From positions 104,248-168,247 of the forward strand of contig CAXXHG010000032.1 of NCBI GenBank assembly GCA_963666315.2: a stretch of 64,000 nucleotides of DNA, written 5' to 3'. Made by a program: the position numbers and the translations under genes. Positions 57,734 to 64,000 of the stretch are shown here, in pieces. Below the pieces are notes generated by a model. The model worked only from the letters and a program-made list of their open reading frames with translations, had not been told where the DNA came from and made no database searches. The number at the start of each line of letters is the position of its first letter. Position 1 is the stretch's first letter. The DNA comes from Candidatus Binatia bacterium (GTDB lineage Bacteria > Desulfobacterota > Binatia > Bin18).

Positions 57734-60112
57734 TCAGCGTAGACTGAGTCCCTGAGACTTCAGAAAAGTAATATATTCCTGCTGGAATGATTCGATTTGT
57801 TCACTCGTGAGCGTACTGTCTTTCGATTCTATCCAGTAGCGGAAGGTATAACTGCCCGTTCCTTCGGCGAGCCCTTTCCCCTTATATAGTGTGATAAACT
57901 CTCTTCTCTTCAGAAAGGGATGGGAGAATGTGTCGAGTATGTGAATCAACTCGACAAATCCTGATTCTGCGCTTGCAACGATCGAGAAATCGAACCACGA
58001 GCCAGGATATCGGGAGGTCGCTTCATAGCTCATTTCGGGGAATATGGGTCCTTCGAGTGCGTCAAAATTCAGCTCGAACCAGACCACTTGGGATTTGGGT
58101 ACGATTTCGGCCAGCAGCGGGTCTGACAAGAATCCAAGGCCGCCGATGACGCTGGCATTCAGCTGTATATCGATAAAACAGCCTGGGGTTTGCCACGGTG
58201 CGGTGTTGTGTCTGCCGGGCTCAAACGCTAACCTGCCCACATTTAAATGTGCGGCTAGGGCTTCGAGCGCACCTTTTACTGAACGAAAATGCTCTTCCAA
58301 GTCGGCCCGCCGCTCGTTTTGAAAGCTGACTCCTGACAAAAAATTGTGTTCTTCCCGGTCTCGTTCTCCCCGCGGCAGATACACTCGGCCCAGTTCGAAT
58401 ATGCGAAAGTGATCGCGTAGGACGGCGTTCTTCTTGGTCACTGCGAAGATATTAGGGAGAAGCGTGGTCTGGAGGCGAACATTGTGTGCTGCACGAGAAT
58501 TGGCCATTTCCAGCGTTGCCTGGGGCTCGTAGCCAATAGTTTTGAGCCAGGTTTCGTCGAACCAACTGTAATTATGGATCTCTGAGAAACCAGAGGCTTG
58601 GGCTAAGAGGCGTCGGGCCTTATGCTCTGCACGGAGCCGGTCATTAAAAGCGACAGTCTCAATAAAGAAATCTGGCATCTTCGGCTCTAAATTGTCGTAG
58701 CCGTTGATGCGGGTGACTTCCTCGAGAATATCAACCGGCAGTGAGATATCCTTCTCGCTCCGAAACGGCGGAATCCCGACTTTGAGGCTGCCCGCGCTCA
58801 CCTCAGCTTCGAAGCCGAGCGCGGTGAGGATGGTTGTGATCTTCTCCGGCGCAATAGGATTGCCGATACGTCGGTCAAAAAAGCTGGTCGGAATTTCAAG
58901 TCTTCGAACGTCTCCTTTGAGCTCTCCAGCATAGGTGAAACGAGAACGCACTTGGAGTTGCATGCCGGCTTCTTGCAAGAGGTGCAGAAAACGTTCCGCG
59001 GCAACCTTTGTATTGATAGGCGGCTGTTGTTTCTCGAAACGTTGACTTGCGTCGGTGTGAATGCCCAAGCGGGTGGCCGTACGCCGAATGCGGGCATCTT
59101 TAAAATTTGCACTCTCAAGGAGGAGAGTGGTCGTGTTTTCACTCACTTCGCTCTTGAGCCCACCCATAATACCAGCTAAGGCAATTGGTTCTTGCTCATT
59201 CCAGATCATGAGGTCCTCTGGGACCATCTTTCGTTCCTGGCCGTCTAGGGTTGTAAAATTACCCGGGATACCGAACGGAGCCACACGTACAGCACGTAGC
59301 AGGCCGGCGTCGAATGCGTGCATGGGCTGCCCGCATTCCAGCATGACGTAATTGGTGAGATCGACAAGAATATTAAAGGTGCGTTGCCCCAGGGCATGCA
59401 AACGGTACTGAACGGTCAGTGGGGAGGGAGCGACAGTCAGATCTGCTAGCTCTATACACGAGTAGCAGGGACAATTCTCCGGGTCATCAATCGTCAGCGG
59501 ATAAGGTGGTAAGTCGTCATAGCGGGATAAGTCGGCTCGTTCGAGCGGCCGCAGGGGGCGTTCAAAAATGGCAGCGACCTCGCGAGCAAAGCCATAATGT
59601 CCCCAGAGGTCGGGACGATGCGTGAGGCTTTTGTTATCGATTTCTAGCAGCGTGTCTGAGGGCGGGACCAAATTTTCAAGGGGATCCCCGTCTTCAAGAG
59701 ACTCAGGAAGCTCGATAATGCCGAAATGCCCGCCACCCATGCCTAATTCATCCGAAGAGCACAAGATGCCCTGGCTGAGGCGTGCGCCCACCTGCTTTTC
59801 TGCGATGAGGTGTCCCCCGGCAATGCGGACTCCGGCTGGGGCAAAAGCGGATTTCATACCGACTCGAACATTGGGAGCTCCGCAGACCGTAGTAAACTGA
59901 GCAGTCCCGCACTGGATGTGTACGAAGGTCTGCGGCCCGTCGAGTGGCTCGACAGACATGATACGGCCAATCAAGACGCCGTCCAGCGCGCGAACCAATG
60001 TTTCCACGCCTTCGACTTCAGCCGTGGCCATGGTGAGGCGCTGGGCGACCGTCTCGGGCGAGACGTCAGAGATGTCCACATACTGGGCAATCCAGTCGAG
60101 AGATATTTTCAT
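57734..60112 (-). CDS. pheT: Phenylalanine--tRNA ligase beta subunit
   Basis: MKISLDW, VCGAPN, EIDNKSLTHRPDLWGHYG.ARE, VDLTNYVMLE.GQPMHAFD, DILEEVTRINGY, C-terminal anticodon-binding domain. Confidence 0.95.
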   Translation of the reverse strand: MKISLDWIAQYVDISDVSPETVAQRLTMATAEVEGVETLVRALDGVLIGRIMSVEPLDGPQTFVHIQCGTAQFTTVCGAPNVRVGMKSAFAPAGVRIAGGHLIAEKQVGARLSQGILCSSDELGMGGGHFGIIELPESLEDGDPLENLVPPSDTLLEIDNKSLTHRPDLWGHYGFAREVAAIFERPLRPLERADLSRYDDLPPYPLTIDDPENCPCYSCIELADLTVAPSPLTVQYRLHALGQRTFNILVDLTNYVMLECGQPMHAFDAGLLRAVRVAPFGIPGNFTTLDGQERKMVPEDLMIWNEQEPIALAGIMGGLKSEVSENTTTLLLESANFKDARIRRTATRLGIHTDASQRFEKQQPPINTKVAAERFLHLLQEAGMQLQVRSRFTYAGELKGDVRRLEIPTSFFDRRIGNPIAPEKITTILTALGFEAEVSAGSLKVGIPPFRSEKDISLPVDILEEVTRINGYDNLEPKMPDFFIETVAFNDRLRAEHKARRLLAQASGFSEIHNYSWFDETWLKTIGYEPQATLEMANSRAAHNVRLQTTLLPNIFAVTKKNAVLRDHFRIFELGRVYLPRGERDREEHNFLSGVSFQNERRADLEEHFRSVKGALEALAAHLNVGRLAFEPGRHNTAPWQTPGCFIDIQLNASVIGGLGFLSDPLLAEIVPKSQVVWFELNFDALEGPIFPEMSYEATSRYPGSWFDFSIVASAESGFVELIHILDTFSHPFLKRREFITLYKGKGLAEGTGSYTFRYWIESKDSTLTSEQIESFQQEYITFLKSQGLSLR

Positions 60113-60125
60113 CGACCACTCCTCC

Positions 60126-61139
60126 TCAGACGGATGCTGGAAACTGTTCATAGAAACGGAGATCGCCTGAGTTCAGCAGCCGAATATCCGGGATGTTGTA
60201 TTTCATCATGGCCAGCCGTGTGAGCCCTAGGCCAAACGCAAACCCACTAAATTCATTCGGGTCCAGCTTACCGAATTCGAGTACCTTGGGATGCACCAGA
60301 CCGCACGGCAGCAGCTCTATCCAGCCGGACTTTTTGCAGGTCGCACATCCTTTGCCACCGCAGATCAGACATTGAATGTCTAATTCGAAGCCTGGTTCGA
60401 CAAAGGGAAAATATCCGGGGCGTAATCGGACGGTGACTTCTCGGTGGAAGACTGCAGTCAATAACGTACGCATGACGGCGATCAGATGTGCGACGGAGAT
60501 TTCCTTGTCTATCATCAGGCCTTCGAGTTGGTAGAAGGTATTTTCATGACTCGGATCAACGGCTTCGTTCCGAAAGCAGCGGCCAGGAAAGATCGCTCGA
60601 ATTGGCGCGCCATAGTGCTCCAATGCGCGGACTTGATTGGCTGAAGTGTGGGTGCGCAGTACCAGACCGTTTTTGAGCCAGTAGGTATCCTGCATATCTC
60701 GGGCAGGATGATCACTCGGGATATTGAGGCTCTCGAAGTTATAATAGTCCGTCTCAACGTGGTAGCCGCTCAGGATCATAAAACCCATAGACTGAAAGAT
60801 CTCTTCCAATTCCATTTGGACAAGAGAAATAGGGTGCAGATGGCCGATGCTGTTATTGAGACCGGGCAGGGTCATATCGATAACCGCCTTGAGTTGTGGC
60901 GCACTCTGCTGTCGAGCGATTGCATCCCGAATCTGCTGTTCAGCAAAGTTCTTGAGTTCGTTAAACTGCCGTCCAAAACGCTTTTTTTCAGTCGGCGACA
61001 TGACCGAGAAGTCAGCATTTTTTCGGAGTAGTGTGATCCTGCCTTTACGGCCGAGATAACGGATACGAATGCCCTCAAGCTCTCGATCGGTCGTGGCGAC
61101 CGCAAGGTCTTTGCTCAACTGAGCACGGATGTCCTGCAA
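60126..61139 (-). CDS. pheS: Phenylalanine--tRNA ligase alpha subunit
   Basis: YLGRKG, HPARDMQDT, LRTHTS, FYQLEG, YFPFVEP, GFAFGLGLTRLAM; TTG start after GGAGG. Confidence 0.97.
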   Translation of the reverse strand: MQDIRAQLSKDLAVATTDRELEGIRIRYLGRKGRITLLRKNADFSVMSPTEKKRFGRQFNELKNFAEQQIRDAIARQQSAPQLKAVIDMTLPGLNNSIGHLHPISLVQMELEEIFQSMGFMILSGYHVETDYYNFESLNIPSDHPARDMQDTYWLKNGLVLRTHTSANQVRALEHYGAPIRAIFPGRCFRNEAVDPSHENTFYQLEGLMIDKEISVAHLIAVMRTLLTAVFHREVTVRLRPGYFPFVEPGFELDIQCLICGGKGCATCKKSGWIELLPCGLVHPKVLEFGKLDPNEFSGFAFGLGLTRLAMMKYNIPDIRLLNSGDLRFYEQFPASV

Positions 61140-61244
61140 GGTCTTTCCTCCATATCGTTAGTAAGTCCCTATCCTAGCGCTGCCTGTATTGTGCGGAAAG
61201 CCCTCTCGTGTTGTGCCGAAAACTCCAGCGTCTGGCGTGCAAAC

Positions 61245-61273
61245 TTGACTTCAAGACTTGGCTCTATTATGTT
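61245..61273 (+). promoter_or_regulatory. Candidate sigma70 promoter for ihfA-merR
   Basis: TTGACT-N17-TATGTT in the pheS/ihfA divergent spacer. Confidence 0.45.
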
Positions 61274-61482
61274 CGCAGCGTTAGCTATATAGGGTTTGCT
61301 ATTATGTTTTTTTGGTTGTTGTGGGGGATGGAGCGTGTGTTGAGAATGAAGACTGCCTGGTCGAGATAGTCAGTGGCGCAGTGCAAAAGTTCAACCTGCC
61401 TCTCCTCTGTTGACGCTCGTGTGTGGATATAAAACCGGAGAATTTGACCTTTATTGAGGGGAATTATAGAGGGGGTTGCTCT

Positions 61483-61770
61483 ATGACTAAAGCAGATATT
61501 GTGGAACGAATTTATGAGAAAGTGGGATTCTCAAAAAAAGAAGCGACTGATGTTGTGGAGTCGATATTTGGAATAATCAAGGGCCGCCTCGAAAAAGGGG
61601 AGAAAGTGAAAATCTCCGGATTTGGGAATTTCGTTATCAATGAAAAGCGTCCACGTAAAGGGCGAAATCCACAAACGGGCGAAGAAATTATCATCTCAGG
61701 CCGGAGTGTTCTCTCATTCAAACCGAGTCCGGCATTAAAGAAGGCCATTAACCCACTCTTGCCGAACTGA
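61483..61770 (+). CDS. ihfA: Integration host factor alpha subunit
   Basis: [32 protein letters not shown]. Confidence 0.95.
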   Translation: MTKADIVERIYEKVGFSKKEATDVVESIFGIIKGRLEKGEKVKISGFGNFVINEKRPRKGRNPQTGEEIIISGRSVLSFKPSPALKKAINPLLPN

Positions 61771-61777
61771 GCGTATA

Positions 61778-62152
61778 GTGGATCAGGTTGAGTTTCCGAA
61801 TAAGCTCTATTTTCGCATCGGTGAAGTCGCGAAGATCATCGGTGTGAAGCCCTATGTGTTGCGTTACTGGGAAACAGAGTTTTCTGTTCTCAAGCCAGGA
61901 AAGACCCCCGCACGCCACCGCCTGTATCGGCGTCGTGATGTTGAAACCTTAATCGAGATTAAATACCTCTTATACGAAGAAGGCTTCACTATTGCTGGGG
62001 CAAAAAAACGCCTCAAAGATGGGGAAAAAGGAGAAGAAGCTGCCCGCGTGCCTCACGTGGGACCACTCCAGGCTGATCAGCGCCAAATTTTGACTAAGAT
62101 TCATAAGGACATCCGGTCTCTGCACAAGATCGTGAGTGCAGAAAGGCGCTAG
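61778..62152 (+). CDS. MerR-family regulator (ihfA-linked type)
   Basis: [12 protein letters not shown]...[27 protein letters not shown]. Confidence 0.92.
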   Translation: MDQVEFPNKLYFRIGEVAKIIGVKPYVLRYWETEFSVLKPGKTPARHRLYRRRDVETLIEIKYLLYEEGFTIAGAKKRLKDGEKGEEAARVPHVGPLQADQRQILTKIHKDIRSLHKIVSAERR

Positions 62153-62159
62153 GCGATTC

Positions 62160-62213
62160 GTTTCTAGTCTGCCCTGAGTTTCTAGTCTGCCCTGAGTTTC
62201 TAGTCTGCCCTGA
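62160..62213. repeat. Perfect 18-bp tandem repeat, 3 copies
   Basis: GTTTCTAGTCTGCCCTGA repeated three times with no spacers. Confidence 0.9.
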
Positions 62214-62345
62214 ATAAGAAGAAAAAGTTTTTTGTTGATACGACCTTACGTCGTATGCTAGCATGGAAGCCTAGAACTTTTTCTATGGGTCGGGACGGCC
62301 CATTCCCTATATACAGTAGGACACGTAGAGCGAGAGGAGGGGTGG

Positions 62346-63509
62346 ATGCGGTCAACGTGGTGGATGTGGTGCTCTTTTGTCTTGAGTTTGGGCAGCCTAC
62401 TGGGCGGCCTTATGAGGCCCGCCTTTGCTTTCGAGGAGCACGGACCGGTCCCTCAGCTTCCCGCTTCTCAAAATTTTGCGGCGGTTCTCTTACAAAATGC
62501 GGAGACCGGCCAGGTGTTGTTCGCTAAAAATAGCCAGAAAATATGGCCTCAGGCTTCTCTGACCAAAATGATGCTAGGATTGGTCGTTTTTGAGGAAATT
62601 GAAAAGGGGAATATTGGGCTGCGTACTCCAGTGAAAATCAGTCGGCGTGCCAGTCGGACGAGAGGCCGAACGATCGGCTTGCGGTCTGGAGAAGTGTTCC
62701 CTCTACAAGAACTCCTTCAAGCAGTGTTAGTCACCTCTGCAAATGACGCTGCTGTTGCCGTGGCGGAGCATGTGTGTGGCTCGGTGAGCAAATGTGTTCA
62801 GCGTATGAACGACCGAGCCCAGGAGTTGGGTATGAAGCGTGCCCAGTATCGCACTGTCAATGGAATGCCGACAAAACGAAATCCAGCTCCAGATATGGCC
62901 CCTGCTGACGATATCGCCATCCTCGGCCGTGCGCTCTTACGCCATCCTCAAGTCCTTACCTGGACTTCGCAACAATCTATGCCGTTTCGCAATGGGCGCG
63001 AGAGACTGCCAAATACAAATCGGCTGGTTGGTCGAACAAACGGAGTTGACGGTTTAAAGACAGGATTTACAAAGAAGGCCCGTTTCAATCTTGTGACGAC
63101 TGCGCAACGTGGCTCTCTGCGCCTCATTGCCATTGTCTTTGGCGGGAAAACCAGTACTATACGTTTTCGCATCGCTAAGGACTTGCTTGAGTGGGGATTC
63201 ACGAATTTTACGCGGCTGCAGCTCATAGAGGGAGGAGCTCCCCTGTGGTTCGAGATTCGGGTTGAGAATGGTAGCATGTCTGCTTTTCAACCAGTTGCCG
63301 CAGCAACGGCTGCGCCCCTTGTTCGGACAGGTGAGATTGCGGCTGTATCTGTTTCGCTGCAGATTCCTACCCAAGTGTCAGCACCCGTCCTACGTCATCA
63401 GGTTCTTGGAGAAATAGTTGTCCGACGGGGGAAACAAACGCTTGCCGTTATTCCGGCATTGAGCCCAGACGATATCCCTCAGGCTAGGTGGGCGCATGCC
63501 CGTCGCTAA
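62346..63509 (+). CDS. D-alanyl-D-alanine carboxypeptidase (peptidase S11, PBP5/6-like)
   Basis: Signal peptide, SxxK (ASLTK), SxN (SAN), KTG, and a PBP5-like C-domain. Confidence 0.92.
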   Translation: MRSTWWMWCSFVLSLGSLLGGLMRPAFAFEEHGPVPQLPASQNFAAVLLQNAETGQVLFAKNSQKIWPQASLTKMMLGLVVFEEIEKGNIGLRTPVKISRRASRTRGRTIGLRSGEVFPLQELLQAVLVTSANDAAVAVAEHVCGSVSKCVQRMNDRAQELGMKRAQYRTVNGMPTKRNPAPDMAPADDIAILGRALLRHPQVLTWTSQQSMPFRNGRERLPNTNRLVGRTNGVDGLKTGFTKKARFNLVTTAQRGSLRLIAIVFGGKTSTIRFRIAKDLLEWGFTNFTRLQLIEGGAPLWFEIRVENGSMSAFQPVAAATAAPLVRTGEIAAVSVSLQIPTQVSAPVLRHQVLGEIVVRRGKQTLAVIPALSPDDIPQARWAHARR

Positions 63510-63605
63510 CCTGTTGGGAACGGGACAAAGCGCTTGCATACTGACGAAAGATGCTTAAGTTGCCTCTGCATCTTGAAAAGAGGTAGGTGAAAGGAGATCG
63601 TTCGA

Positions 63606-64000
63606 ATGGCGAGTAAATTGGTCTATTTGCATGATAAAGCCCGCACGGGGATTCTGAGAGGCGTCAATCTCATAGCCGATGTGGCTCAGGTGACACTCGG
63701 ACCACGGGGTCGTAATGTCCTCTTAGAAAAAAGTTATGGGGCTCCCGTAGTCACAAAAGACGGTGTGACGGTTGTGAAAGAAATTGAACTTGACGACAAA
63801 TTTGAGAATATGGGAGCAAAGATGGTCCGCGAGGTTGCAACCAAGACCTCGGATGTCGCGGGTGACGGGACCACGACCGCAACGATCTTGTCGCGGGCGA
63901 TTCTGATTGAGGGGCTGCGTTTGCAAGTTGCCGGGTTTGATCCCATGTCGCTCAAACGCGGTATTGATGCGGCGGTTGAGAAAATTGTGGAGGGGGTACA
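63606..64000 (+). CDS. groL: Chaperonin GroEL, 5' part (runs off the window edge)
   Basis: Manual translation MASKLVYL...[10 protein letters not shown]...[21 protein letters not shown]...AGDGTTTAT. Confidence 0.93.
   Translation, partial: MASKLVYLHDKARTGILRGVNLIADVAQVTLGPRGRNVLLEKSYGAPVVTKDGVTVVKEIELDDKFENMGAKMVREVATKTSDVAGDGTTTATILSRAILIEGLRLQVAGFDPMSLKRGIDAAVEKIVEGV

Noticed and set aside
62160-62213. Possible CRISPR array
   Set aside because: The 18-bp units are contiguous with no spacers, and there are no cas genes in the window.

Overview
Bacterial chromosome segment of roughly 55-60% GC by eye. The gene content (many LLM oxidoreductases, family III CoA-transferases, amidohydrolases, DUF1329/DUF1302) and the core gene order suggest a deltaproteobacterium-like lineage such as Ca. 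Binatia; this is inference, not a database result. Bases 1-48.8 kb are an accessory, partly decaying region. It holds a mosaic of gene fragments (hicB, GNAT, SMC-like ATPase, IPTL-CTERM proteins), a long minus-strand catabolic block, an ECF42-type sigma/YCII module, a parDE-type toxin-antitoxin pair between ~105-bp structured direct repeats, an unusual envelope cluster (three AMIN-TPR proteins, TetR, DUF1329, DUF1302, MarR, a deleted P450 relic, an FG-GAP protein and a lipoprotein), a three-domain exosortase fusion, MFS transporters, an amidase and an IDO-like dioxygenase. About a dozen accessory genes carry single indels or in-frame stops. Bases 48.9-64 kb are intact core genes: ispE, tRNA-Gln, prs, rplY, pth, rpsF, ssb/priB-like, rpsR, rplI, tRNA-Val, thrS, infC (ATA start), rpmI, rplT, an inverted and atypical pheS-pheT pair, ihfA, MerR, a DD-carboxypeptidase and the start of groEL. 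The best candidates for new biology are the TetR-linked AMIN-TPR/DUF1329-DUF1302 envelope system, the tandem exosortase with its extended-tail IPTL-CTERM substrate, a ~164-bp MITE that inserts into REP ends, and the inverted, possibly xenologous pheST. All product calls come from motif recognition by eye; no searches were run.
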